A stretch of DNA of 64,000 nt from positions 2,699 to 66,698 of the forward strand of contig JBAXUB010000003.1 of NCBI GenBank assembly GCA_037129895.1, given 5' to 3'. The notes below the pieces were generated by a model. That model was not told the origin of the DNA. It saw only the letters and a program-made list of their open reading frames with translations, and searched no databases. The position numbers and the translations under genes were made by a program. Origin of the DNA: Candidatus Tayloriibacteriota bacterium. GTDB taxonomy: Bacteria > Patescibacteriota > Minisyncoccia > Phycocordibacterales > PALSA-1337. Shown in pieces: positions 48,306-58,340 of this stretch (position 1 is the first letter of the stretch; each line of letters starts with the position of its first letter).

Positions 48306-49742
48306 TTACCCGGTGCTTGTGTCAAGCTCCTGTGACTTTAGGTGCTCGATTATCAATGCGTCTGTTATCTCTCGATAGAATTCGCACTGGCTTGTAAAGA
48401 TCTTGTTGTCTTGGAAAGACCCACTTTTTGAAGAGAATTCTCGAGTAACTTCGCATTGGCCAGCACAGGCGCACTCGATTTGGCATCCTATACAGACCTT
48501 GTCGGTCCCAGGGTATCTCGCTTTCACAAGTCGTGAAAGATTGTTGTTACTCTCAAATAGCTTATCGAAAGTATTTACATGACCAATTCGACTGGTTGTA
48601 TGACTGCAGACTTTAATACTTCCGTCAGTGTTGAATTCAAGCGACTTTCCTTGGACGGCTGCACAGAATGTATGCGTCTCTGTGAGGAGGTTTCCGCTAG
48701 TAAGATTCCTGTAGGCACTGTCCCATGTACCGAAGAAGTTTATGCCAATTGCGTCAGCGTACTTTTTTAGGCACATAAGCTTACTTACTTTTTCCTTTGT
48801 CGGCACATTGTGGAGTCCTATCAGATCGTAATCAAACGCGATAGACGTCATCTGTCGATTGGCTGCCCAGTCGATTATGTCTGTTCCAATAGAATCAAAG
48901 TTGTTCTGCGCCACAGTTATACTAAATCCGTCCAAGGGGTACCCAATATGATCTAGAAGGTCGATATTTTTTACAATTGCGTCAAATGTTCCTCGTCCTT
49001 CGTTTGTTATGCGTATAGCATTGTTGGCGATTTTAGTGCCGTCTAGAGATGTAGCGATGCGAACCTTAAATTTCTTCAGGGTATGTGCTATGTCGGACGT
49101 TAATAACGTAAGGTTTGTATTAATAGTGAATTCAAACGAGATGTCCGAAATAGAGTCACAGTAGTGTAGTATTTTAGCAATAGTTTGCCAGTTGAATAAT
49201 GGTTCTGCATTGCCGAAATGAATCTTGCAGTGATTTCGGTTGTGATCTCGTAGTAGTGCAATAAATCCGTCTATACATATTTTTGCGGTTTCCCATGTCA
49301 TGTTGAGTCCCGGTAATGGTCGCCTATACTCAGTAATTTTTTCTTGCGTCTCCGAATCCTTCTGGAAATGGATACAATGTTTGCAGGCTAGGTTGCACCA
49401 GTCACTAATAGCTAAACCCATTCTATCTACGGTCCGTCCACTAGCCAGTTCAAGTAAGTATTTTGATCGATTTTGAACTAGTATAAGTCGTTCGTCTTGG
49501 CCAGGGATGATGAGGAAAGATAATTGCTTGAAGTTTTCAAGTAGTTCTCTAGGGTCGTCATCGCACTGTTCGACAATAGCAATTAAAGTTTGTGGCTTCA
49601 AAAACAAGTTGAGAAAATTAATTCCTTCTGCATTCAGGATTCTGGGATTTCCGAACAGTTTGTGGTAAACCAGGGTTGAATTGGAAGACGGCTCTTTAAC
49701 ATAGCGTAAGAATGGAGATAGTTGATATTTTGAATCTTGCAT
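48306..49742 (-). CDS. Radical SAM/SPASM peptide maturase candidate
   Basis: CNLACKHC, AEPL, SLDG; SPASM C..GSIKVC..CIGC....ACAGQC; N-terminal extension of about 100 aa. Confidence 0.92.
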   Translation of the reverse strand: MQDSKYQLSPFLRYVKEPSSNSTLVYHKLFGNPRILNAEGINFLNLFLKPQTLIAIVEQCDDDPRELLENFKQLSFLIIPGQDERLILVQNRSKYLLELASGRTVDRMGLAISDWCNLACKHCIHFQKDSETQEKITEYRRPLPGLNMTWETAKICIDGFIALLRDHNRNHCKIHFGNAEPLFNWQTIAKILHYCDSISDISFEFTINTNLTLLTSDIAHTLKKFKVRIATSLDGTKIANNAIRITNEGRGTFDAIVKNIDLLDHIGYPLDGFSITVAQNNFDSIGTDIIDWAANRQMTSIAFDYDLIGLHNVPTKEKVSKLMCLKKYADAIGINFFGTWDSAYRNLTSGNLLTETHTFCAAVQGKSLEFNTDGSIKVCSHTTSRIGHVNTFDKLFESNNNLSRLVKARYPGTDKVCIGCQIECACAGQCEVTREFSSKSGSFQDNKIFTSQCEFYREITDALIIEHLKSQELDTSTG

Positions 49743-49924
49743 AAGATTTGTTCATTTGTTTGATTGTCAGAGATCGAATAATAAAGACGTTGTCTATATA
49801 TGTACTCGTTTAGTTCTACTACTAATGCACAAAATGTCAATAGGTACTAAATGTGATCGTAGGGGAGGGATCCTGTTGCCGTAGTTGTGTCTATGTGGTT
49901 ATATTGTTACAATTTTTGCATAAA

Positions 49925-50569
49925 ATGCCATCAAATATGATTTATAGATTAAACAGTGAAGTCAATAATAATCTCCAGGATGTTTGCTCTATAGCGCACA
50001 AAGAGCTTGATGAATTTTTTGGTATCAATTGGGTTAGGAATCTACCTCGTCTAATTATTGTAAATGATAGGAAAACAATCGATGGATTGTTTGGTAAAAA
50101 AACAGAGGCGTGGACAATAGGTTGGTCGGAAAATAACAATATCTATGTTCTCGATAAGAATAAGTTTTCTGAGGAAAGCGATCATAAGGAGTATACTGAT
50201 GATGAATATGCCGTGCTCGTGAAGCATGAAATGAGCCATTCATTTTCGAAAATATTAGCAAAAGGGGAAGTGAAGCCTAAATGGCTTTGGGAGGGTATTG
50301 CTGTATATACTTCAGGTGAGAACAAAGCGCGGATTAGACCTACAGAGTTTAAGCAATTTCTTGACTTTTTCGATGAAGGCGGTAAGGGTGTGTACGTAGA
50401 GGCCGGTTTTGCAATTCAACTTCTTGTCGAAAAATTTGGTAAACAAAAAATATTGGATTTGATAAAGATCTCATCCACATTTACGACGAGGGATGATTTC
50501 AATCTTGCGTTCAATTCGAGCTTTGATTTTGAGCCGACGTATGAGGAATTTAACAGGTTACTTTATTAA
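49925..50569 (+). CDS. Zn metallopeptidase (MA clan-like)
   Basis: HEMSH and PKWLWEGIA. Confidence 0.75.
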   Translation: MPSNMIYRLNSEVNNNLQDVCSIAHKELDEFFGINWVRNLPRLIIVNDRKTIDGLFGKKTEAWTIGWSENNNIYVLDKNKFSEESDHKEYTDDEYAVLVKHEMSHSFSKILAKGEVKPKWLWEGIAVYTSGENKARIRPTEFKQFLDFFDEGGKGVYVEAGFAIQLLVEKFGKQKILDLIKISSTFTTRDDFNLAFNSSFDFEPTYEEFNRLLY

Positions 50570-51029
50570 GTCTTTCAACATGCTTTTCCAGTTCCTTTAG
50601 TGTCCCTATATTATATTTCTTTCTTTCTGCGTCACTAGTTCGTGGGTCGACAGGCAGTAGTCTCCACATACTTTTTGAATTTTTCTTTTTATACTGGGTG
50701 CCAAATTTTTGCTTCCCACTTTTTTTGAGAAGTAATCTGTCCAAACACATGGCATACAAGGATAAAGCTTTCTTATACCCCAGTTTATAACTAATTTTAG
50801 AAAGTCTGACAGCCTTCGTTGAGTCTTGGATACTTGAACCATGATGAAATATCATCGCTGCATGATAGTAGTCATCTGCGGATACAAGCATTTTTTTGGA
50901 AATAAGATCACAAACTAACTTTTTTCTTTCTCTATCACATTTTGATAGCAACGACGCATCATTACATACTATTTTGTCATGACGATCTTTTTGGTCACTA
51001 TTGAATATTTTTTTCAGCGGTTTATTCAT
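50550..51029 (-). CDS. Hypothetical protein
   Basis: 159-aa ORF with AAMIFHHG, DRLL and QKFGTQ motifs. Confidence 0.7.
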   Translation of the reverse strand: MNKPLKKIFNSDQKDRHDKIVCNDASLLSKCDRERKKLVCDLISKKMLVSADDYYHAAMIFHHGSSIQDSTKAVRLSKISYKLGYKKALSLYAMCLDRLLLKKSGKQKFGTQYKKKNSKSMWRLLPVDPRTSDAERKKYNIGTLKELEKHVERLNKVTC

Positions 51030-51152
51030 AAGTTGATTCTATCATATAGAGTATTATTACTCGAAAGACGTAATGGTGCTAATTATAGTTATCCACAGCT
51101 ATATGTAGATATTATCATTTATCATATTGATAAATACTGATATTATGAGTAA

Positions 51153-52802
51153 ATGTCTAAATATATATCACACTTTAAGCCGACCGCGTCTGGTCTAGAT
51201 ATACTTATTAGTGGTAGGATTTTGGCGCCGGGGGAGAAGCCATATCATATGGTAGAAAGGGTTGTTGGTGCACTCGTTGGCATAGAGGAGCATTTTGGTA
51301 CAAATGAACAAGAAATGAATATCATAGCTCAAGAACTTGGAAGCATGATTGATGATCGTCATATCGTGTTGAGTACTCCGATAATGACCAATGCAGGGAG
51401 GTATTTAAACAGACCACTGTCCGCCTGTACTGTACCATTGCTTGATTTGGCTCATGATGACATCAATCACATTTGTAAAGTTATAACAAATATGCACGAG
51501 GATGGTATGGGAACGGGTTTTTGTCTTGATCATTTGGATGATCCTGTGGGTATGTTGAGAAAACTCAATGATATAGCTTTACAAAGTTCACGATCGGGTA
51601 AAGAAGACCGTCCTGTAGGAAACATGGCCACTTTGCGTTTTGATAGTGCGCATATTCTGGAATTTATCCGAGTAAAAATCGGAGCAGATCAAAGAGGTGA
51701 GGCATGGAAATTCAACATATCAATTGATTGTGGGTATGATTTTTTTGATAAAATTGAGAAAAATGATTTTATAACAATGTCGGATGGTTCAAGGTGTCAA
51801 GCTCGCTATATATTTGATGAAATTGTAAATGCAGTGCACTTGTGCGCTGAGCCAGGTTTAATTTTTATTGACAGAATGGAAGCTGACAATCCCACTCCGT
51901 GTGTTGGCCATTATCTTACTACTGCACCTTGTGCAGAAGTCGGTTTGACTTCTGGGGAGTCATGCCAATTTGGTTATCTAAATCTTGCGACGTTTATTGA
52001 AGCTGACGGTAAACTTGATGTAGATAAACTGAAGAAAGCCACGCGTCTTATAACTAGGATACTCGATAATGCCCTTGAAATCTCTATTCAAAACTATACT
52101 GAGATGGCTAATCGTATAATTGCGTCTAAGAAAAGGAAAATTGGTATAGGTGTTTGTGGGTTAGCTGATGCATTGATAAAATCGAAGTTGTTATATTCTT
52201 CTCCCGAGGCTCGTGAGTTTGCATTTGATATTATTACTTTGATTAATTTTGAATCTAAGAAAGCTTCTTATGAACTTGCTAAGAATCGTGGTTCCTTCGG
52301 TGCCATGTCGGAAATGATAGGTAATCGTCATATTGAGAATCCATCTTTCATTGACTGCCGTTATGGGTCACTTGAATCTAAGTACGTTGGGATGGAGGAA
52401 TGGTCTCTACTCTCCGAAAAAATTAGATCGAATAAGATGTTACGTAATGCCTCAACAATCGCTTTGCCACCCACTGGTAGGTGTGCGTTGGTATTTGGTG
52501 CATCTGCTGGTATAGAGCCAATCTTTTCAAAGGACTTATATAAAGTTGTGAATCCTGATTTATTGAGTAATTTGTATCAATATATAGAAACAGCTAATCA
52601 AATAAAACCAATAGATCATTTACGCATAACGGCGGCGTTGCAAAGAGGTGTAGATGAATCAATCTCTAAAACGATCAATATGGTTTCGGATATCACAAGA
52701 GAGGAGATAGGGGAATTGTATAAAGCAGCTTGGAATTTTGGTTTAAAGGGAATAACGGTCTATCGAGAGGGTTCTAAAGTGATGCAGCCAAATAAACTCT
52801 AG
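51153..52802 (+). CDS. Divergent class II (AdoCbl) ribonucleotide reductase-like protein
   Basis: TPIMTNAG, LSAC, FNIS, EPGLIF, TAPCAE, IGIGV.GLAD, PPTG, SISKTIN, KGITVYR. Confidence 0.85.
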   Translation: MSKYISHFKPTASGLDILISGRILAPGEKPYHMVERVVGALVGIEEHFGTNEQEMNIIAQELGSMIDDRHIVLSTPIMTNAGRYLNRPLSACTVPLLDLAHDDINHICKVITNMHEDGMGTGFCLDHLDDPVGMLRKLNDIALQSSRSGKEDRPVGNMATLRFDSAHILEFIRVKIGADQRGEAWKFNISIDCGYDFFDKIEKNDFITMSDGSRCQARYIFDEIVNAVHLCAEPGLIFIDRMEADNPTPCVGHYLTTAPCAEVGLTSGESCQFGYLNLATFIEADGKLDVDKLKKATRLITRILDNALEISIQNYTEMANRIIASKKRKIGIGVCGLADALIKSKLLYSSPEAREFAFDIITLINFESKKASYELAKNRGSFGAMSEMIGNRHIENPSFIDCRYGSLESKYVGMEEWSLLSEKIRSNKMLRNASTIALPPTGRCALVFGASAGIEPIFSKDLYKVVNPDLLSNLYQYIETANQIKPIDHLRITAALQRGVDESISKTINMVSDITREEIGELYKAAWNFGLKGITVYREGSKVMQPNKL

Positions 52803-52813
52803 TAGTATTTCAC

Positions 52814-53404
52814 CTAGAATCTGGATTTTTCTCGCATAAGTATATTTGTAATGCTTTTTTTCACGATCATGTCCTTTTTTATACCGTGCTTATCTAAAAA
52901 TATAATCAAATCATTTTTTGCTTTTTCAATATTGTTGTGGTTGGTCATCATTTCTACTTCTATAGCTGGTTGGAAATTATGGATATCCTCTAGACACACC
53001 TCGACGCCATGATCGTGGAATGAATATCGTTTTTTACGAAGTTCAAAAAATTTCTTAAATCCTATCGAGTTAAGTATTCTCTCAGCCTCAGTAAATGATG
53101 AAATATTTATTTCATGTTCTAACCACGCATTATGATCACCTTCAGATTGGATGACCTTCGTATTCATACTGCTGTTTTCCTTATCAGAATCTTGTTCACA
53201 GCGAAGCCTCAGACTATATGAGCCCACTTTATCCATCTCTATTTCCTTGAAAGATGTTACTGATTTGGCGCAATAATATGCGTCAGTTATTGAGAGTGGT
53301 TTTATGGTCTTTTTAATAGAGTCACGCGCTTCTGCAAGAAATTTATCGAAGATGTCTCGCGAAATTAGTGCTCTGAATTCTACCTCATGTTTATGATCTT
53401 TCAT
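52814..53404 (-). CDS. CYTH (class IV adenylyl cyclase/triphosphatase) protein
   Basis: EVEFR, DAYY, SLRLR, KKR, IEVE. Confidence 0.85.
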   Translation of the reverse strand: MKDHKHEVEFRALISRDIFDKFLAEARDSIKKTIKPLSITDAYYCAKSVTSFKEIEMDKVGSYSLRLRCEQDSDKENSSMNTKVIQSEGDHNAWLEHEINISSFTEAERILNSIGFKKFFELRKKRYSFHDHGVEVCLEDIHNFQPAIEVEMMTNHNNIEKAKNDLIIFLDKHGIKKDMIVKKSITNILMREKSRF

Positions 53405-53468
53405 TATGGGATCATATTAGCATTTTTATGGGCTAAAAAAAAGCGACCCAGATGAGGTCGCTATTGAA

Positions 53469-54035
53469 TTATCGTGAGCGGCTAATTATGGAATTAATGA
53501 TTTCAGCACATATTGACGCACAATCGTCTTGTCCTATTATTCCGGTATTAAGCGCTATAAATGGCAGATTGTACTTTAGAATATTTCTGTAATAGGCCAA
53601 TGAAATAGTTTCCTGCTTATCGATCATATTCCGATCGCGTATTGATAATCCACGTTGATGCATCCTCTGTAATTGTATGTCGATATGCATTGAAAGAAGG
53701 ATTGTCAGGTCTGGCTCTATGATATCTTTAAAATCTGATCGTCGTACAGGTACGCCAATAATTTCATGGTAGATAAAAGTCGTTAGCCAATAGCGATCAA
53801 CAACAACATGTTTACCTTCAGCCAATAGTTTTCGGATATATTTGGATGTTTCGATGACTCCTGTTTTATAGTAGGCGTATTTTTCCGCAGGAGACGCGCT
53901 TTTATCGATAAGTTTGCGAGATTTTTCATAATGATCTGGTGGGGTCTTGCAAGAAACTGCCCCAATTATGTCAGAGAGTAAAGGACAAAGTGTTGATTTA
54001 CCTGTCCCGTCTGCACCTTCTATTACAATGAACAT
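53469..54035 (-). CDS. Thymidylate kinase-like NMP kinase
   Basis: FIVIEGADGTGKST, VVDRY, PDL. Confidence 0.85.
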   Translation of the reverse strand: MFIVIEGADGTGKSTLCPLLSDIIGAVSCKTPPDHYEKSRKLIDKSASPAEKYAYYKTGVIETSKYIRKLLAEGKHVVVDRYWLTTFIYHEIIGVPVRRSDFKDIIEPDLTILLSMHIDIQLQRMHQRGLSIRDRNMIDKQETISLAYYRNILKYNLPFIALNTGIIGQDDCASICAEIINSIISRSR

Positions 54036-54181
54036 AGTCGTAGTCTTTCTGCTGTTAGACCTGCTGATGAGGCAGCTAGGCTTCCATACTTATAATAAAT
54101 CAAAAAAAGTAATTGTCAATAGCTTGTGTTGACTTTATGCATTTTATGAGATATGTTACATATGAATCGTACATTAAAATT

Positions 54182-54661
54182 ATGAAATTATTGTTTCTTT
54201 ATGATGATCTCGTGGAACTCCAAAGACGTTACAGTGTTCTGAAGAAAAAAAACCGAGAGGCGGGTATTGCATGCGGTGAGGCTTCTGATCAAGGGGAATC
54301 ATTCGCGGGACATGATAATGCTCCGTTCGAAGCCGCTATGCTCGAAATGAATATTTCATCGCGCCAACTTGGGGACATCGAACTAATGCTCAGTAAGGCC
54401 GAAGAGTGTATTCCTAAGCCAAACGATGGTACAGTTCAGTTTGGACGTTTGGTTTTGATTGATGATGTATCTTTGAATGAAAAGACGTGGTATCTCATAG
54501 GGAGTCCTTGGACAACAATAAATGGCGACGGTCTTACTAAGGATGATCCTATGTCAACGTCATACATAAGTCCTATTGCGCGGGCTCTTTCAGGGCATAA
54601 GGTTAATGATAAAGTTTTGTTTCAGAATAAACGTGAGTTGAGAATTCTCGAGATTTGTTAA
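54182..54661 (+). CDS. GreA/GreB-like factor
   Basis: Coiled coil with HDNAPFE tip; VQFG; SYISPIARAL. Confidence 0.8.
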   Translation: MKLLFLYDDLVELQRRYSVLKKKNREAGIACGEASDQGESFAGHDNAPFEAAMLEMNISSRQLGDIELMLSKAEECIPKPNDGTVQFGRLVLIDDVSLNEKTWYLIGSPWTTINGDGLTKDDPMSTSYISPIARALSGHKVNDKVLFQNKRELRILEIC

Positions 54662-54703
54662 TCCATGGGTCGGTGCTACTTAAAGGTGAGTAGCATTTTT
54701 TTA

Positions 54704-56389
54704 TTATACCGCCACCCCAACCACCACCTTCACCCCTTTGTGAAGTCCTTCTGACCCAATAGTTAGCTCACCTTTATGCGCCCTCACAATAGCTCTTGCA
54801 ACAGACAACCCTATACCCATGCCGCGAGGATTGACGGTCATGGCTGCAGCACTTCTGTAATAGTTCTTTTTGAATAACTTCTCTCTGTCTAGGGAAGTTA
54901 AGCCGATGCCGGTATTTTTCACGACGATCTCAAAGTAGCCGTCTCTCGAATCAGTTGTAACTTCTATCGTACCGCCATCAACATTGTATTTGATTGCATT
55001 CTCTAGAATGATGAGTAGAACTTCACGCATCTTGTGTGCATCGATCTGTAAATCTGGCCAGATGTTGGGCTTTCCATTCTCTACGGTCAAATGCATCTTT
55101 TCTATATCGATCCGCAATTCGTCGAGTACATCTTCGGTCAACAGCCCGAGATTACCAGTTCCAATATTCAATATCTGCGAGCCGACTTTGAGTGTCGTAA
55201 TATCTAGGAAATCATCAACGATCTTACTCAATCGTGTTGCTGTCGCGTCTGTGTCCTCTAGGGATCTCGTAAGTTTCGCGCTCAATCGTCCATTGTCTCC
55301 AGAAAGTGTTGCAGCAAGGTCATTCTTGATCCTAGTCACTGGCGCCCGCAGATGGTGCTGAGTGATCATGATGAATTGGTCCTTGGTTTCATTGAGCTTT
55401 TCCAGATCACGTCTTGCATGCTTCTCGAGTTCGTATGCCTTGCGAATCTCTGCGGTCTGCTCAGCGACTTTTTCCGCGAGGGTGGAATTGAGGGTGGTGA
55501 GTTGGGCTGTCTGTTTGATGCCATTAGTAACAGATTTATACAAAAAGTAGCATAGTGTTGTGACCGCTATAAATAGAATAATACGTCCGTATATACCAAA
55601 AATGTAATCTGTAAAAATATTTATTACAGACATCGTTGCCATTGAAATTATCAATACCTTTGCTATTGCTATTTGTACATTCATTTGACGATAACGTGCA
55701 ATTGAATATGCAACAATAAAAATCCAAATTGCACCGAATATTGGTCCTGCCCAGTTCAGTCTATATTCTCCAAGTGAAGGTAGAAAAATATTGGCCATTG
55801 TCGGCGGAATTATGCCAAGTAATAGCGCAATAAACATATTTCTTAAGTTTGACTTTGATTTATCATTTGCAACCCTATAGGAATTAAATAAATGATAAAG
55901 TGATATTGTCCATAACAGGTAGAAAGAGACATCAAATACAAAGTTCCACGGCCCAAACGTCCACGCCCAACGGCCAAGACTAGCTATTTGATAAACACCT
56001 GATATAAATGTGTCGGTAAAATAATATAAATATGCAAAAATGGTAACAGCAATGACTGATAAAGCTACAGATTTTTTTGATGGAATAATATCGTTTGGGT
56101 ATATTATTGAAAAATAGTAGAAACCCAAAGCGATTATTATACCAAGTAGGTATTGGGTTCGCATCAGAAAGTCAGCAGTAATAGGGTCGGCTGTCGATAT
56201 AAGAAAGCCCTGAGATAGAACCCAAAGAGCTGTGACAAATGAAAATAATGCAAACACACGAGAAGATAGGTCTTTACTGCCGATTAGAATAACAATATCT
56301 AGATTAATGATTAAAATTGCAATAGTCCAAATTGTAATTATAATTGGAGTTATTTCCATATGTGGATTATATACCAATTTAGGCAGCAA
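54704..56389 (-). CDS. 7TM sensor histidine kinase
   Basis: Multi-TM N-terminus; QHHLRAP, ENAIKY, GMGIGL; likely start at 56359. Confidence 0.92.
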   Translation of the reverse strand: MLPKLVYNPHMEITPIIITIWTIAILIINLDIVILIGSKDLSSRVFALFSFVTALWVLSQGFLISTADPITADFLMRTQYLLGIIIALGFYYFSIIYPNDIIPSKKSVALSVIAVTIFAYLYYFTDTFISGVYQIASLGRWAWTFGPWNFVFDVSFYLLWTISLYHLFNSYRVANDKSKSNLRNMFIALLLGIIPPTMANIFLPSLGEYRLNWAGPIFGAIWIFIVAYSIARYRQMNVQIAIAKVLIISMATMSVINIFTDYIFGIYGRIILFIAVTTLCYFLYKSVTNGIKQTAQLTTLNSTLAEKVAEQTAEIRKAYELEKHARRDLEKLNETKDQFIMITQHHLRAPVTRIKNDLAATLSGDNGRLSAKLTRSLEDTDATATRLSKIVDDFLDITTLKVGSQILNIGTGNLGLLTEDVLDELRIDIEKMHLTVENGKPNIWPDLQIDAHKMREVLLIILENAIKYNVDGGTIEVTTDSRDGYFEIVVKNTGIGLTSLDREKLFKKNYYRSAAAMTVNPRGMGIGLSVARAIVRAHKGELTIGSEGLHKGVKVVVGVAV

Positions 56390-56418
56390 TACATGTTGAT
56401 GTTTTATGCTATAATCCC

Positions 56419-57051
56419 TTGACTATGACATTCCTACGAATCTCCCAGTTTCTGACATGGCCAATAGCTTTTGTCTACTTTCATTTATTTTACCGTTTAC
56501 GTGTGAATGGTAGAGAAAATTTCAAGAACGTAAGCAGTCCATTCATCATCATTGTTAATCACTTCAGCTTCGTCGATAGTTTCTTGTTTCGTTTGATCCT
56601 CGGATTCGCTACGCCTCACTTACCGTTACGATTTATGGCTGTAGAAAAGTTCAGTTGGAGATGGTTGAATTTTCTATCTGACATAGGTGTTATCCCGTTC
56701 ATATATAGTATATTTGGTGTTTTCGTTGTTGTTCCCGGGTTAGGGCTTCATAAGAATTTGGAGAAGGCCAGAAAGATAATTGGTAAGAAAGGGAATATTG
56801 TTATATATCCTGAAGGTAAAATAGTAAAAGATAATGTAATAGCGCCATTCAAGTCTGGTGCAGCTGTTCTAGCTATAGAGACCAATACGCCGGTTGTGCC
56901 AGTTTCACTTCGACTCGGAAGGAGAAAGTGGGTGAGGAAGGAGCTGGTTGTGAATGTTGGGGAGGCTATGTTGGTGTCAAATGGCTCGAATATCGATGAG
57001 ACTGTAGCATCATTTTATCGATGTATACTTACTCTTTACAATAGGTCATAG
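56419..57051 (+). CDS. PlsC-family acyltransferase
   Basis: NHFSFVD (HX4D), YPEG, FKSGA. Confidence 0.9.
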   Translation: MTMTFLRISQFLTWPIAFVYFHLFYRLRVNGRENFKNVSSPFIIIVNHFSFVDSFLFRLILGFATPHLPLRFMAVEKFSWRWLNFLSDIGVIPFIYSIFGVFVVVPGLGLHKNLEKARKIIGKKGNIVIYPEGKIVKDNVIAPFKSGAAVLAIETNTPVVPVSLRLGRRKWVRKELVVNVGEAMLVSNGSNIDETVASFYRCILTLYNRS

Positions 57052-57116
57052 ATAGTGAAAAAAGTCGGTGATCGAGCCGCATAGTTTTATACTTTTTGTA
57101 TGGTATAATATGTCGT

Positions 57117-57668
57117 ATGACATTACATAACAAAAAGATACTTGTGGGTGTGACTGGTGGTATTGCAGCATATAGAGCATGCAGTCTAGTTAGTCGTCTC
57201 CTAGGTGAAGGGGCTGAAGTTAGGGTTGTGATGACTGATAGTGCAAAAAAGTTTGTTACGCAACTGACTTTTCAAGCATTAACAAATCATCCTGTTTATG
57301 ATGATTTATGGAATATTAAGGATGAAAATTCGGTTGAGCATATTTCAGTTTCTCATTGGGCTGATTTGATAGTTGTCGCTCCTGTTACGGCAAATACTAT
57401 CGCTAAATTCGCCCATGGTATAGCGGATAATTTATTGACAACTATCGTGCTCGCGAGGTTACCAAATGTAAAAGTTGTTCTAGCTCCAGCCATGAATGTG
57501 AATATGTGGAATAATAGTATGGTTCAGAAAAATGTGGCGCTAATAAAAGACACGAAGGAGTTTATCGTCATTGAACCAAGGTCTGGTGTTTTGGCATGTA
57601 GAGATGAAGGTAAAGGTAAGATAGCTGATGTTGAAGATATTCTTGATATTGTGGTTAAGAGTATATAA
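57117..57668 (+). CDS. coaC: HFCD flavoprotein, CoaC-like decarboxylase
   Basis: GVTGGIAAY, HIS, APVTANTIAK, APAMN, LAC.DEG.G. Confidence 0.85.
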   Translation: MTLHNKKILVGVTGGIAAYRACSLVSRLLGEGAEVRVVMTDSAKKFVTQLTFQALTNHPVYDDLWNIKDENSVEHISVSHWADLIVVAPVTANTIAKFAHGIADNLLTTIVLARLPNVKVVLAPAMNVNMWNNSMVQKNVALIKDTKEFIVIEPRSGVLACRDEGKGKIADVEDILDIVVKSI

Positions 57669-58340
57669 GTGAATATGAAAAAAGATATAAATTTAACTGG
57701 GAAAAAGATTCTTGTTACTGCTGGCTCGACATGGGTCGCAATAGACGATGTTCGAGTAATAACAAATATCTTTAAGGGTAAGATAGGATTGACTATTGCA
57801 ATAGCGGCAGCCGAATTTGGTGCTGCTGTGACTTTGTTGCTTGGCTCGTCGTTAGACATATCGTGTATGAATCTACCTAGCACTCTCAGGGTGGTTAGGT
57901 TTAAATATTTTGAGGAGTTAGACGATTTAATGACTGAGAATTTGAGGTCTGGCAATTATGATGCGGTAATACATTCTGCTGCAGTCTCCGATTTCAAACT
58001 TGCGAAGAAACATGAGGGTAAAATCAAATCTAATACAGGGAATCTTACTTTAGAGTTAGTACCAACAAAAAAAATTGTGGATGGAGTAAAGAAGCTTGCA
58101 CCGGAAGTGTTTTTAGTAAAATTTAAGCTGGAGGTCGGTATTTCTGTGGAGCGCCTAATTGAAGTGGCTAGTGATAGTATGAGACAGTCGAGTGCGGATC
58201 TTGTTGTTGCAAATATTTACAATCCAAATTTTACTGATCATGAGGCTTATATAATCGATATCTCTGGTAAAGTCACTAATGTTCAGGGCAAAGAGGCAAT
58301 AGCACTTAAAATATTAGAAAATATTTATGAAGGATTATAA
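57669..58340 (+). CDS. coaB: Divergent CoaB-like phosphopantothenate-cysteine ligase
   Basis: LVTAGST..AIDDVR.ITN, HSAAVSDF, KFKLE, VAN. Confidence 0.8.
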   Translation: MNMKKDINLTGKKILVTAGSTWVAIDDVRVITNIFKGKIGLTIAIAAAEFGAAVTLLLGSSLDISCMNLPSTLRVVRFKYFEELDDLMTENLRSGNYDAVIHSAAVSDFKLAKKHEGKIKSNTGNLTLELVPTKKIVDGVKKLAPEVFLVKFKLEVGISVERLIEVASDSMRQSSADLVVANIYNPNFTDHEAYIIDISGKVTNVQGKEAIALKILENIYEGL

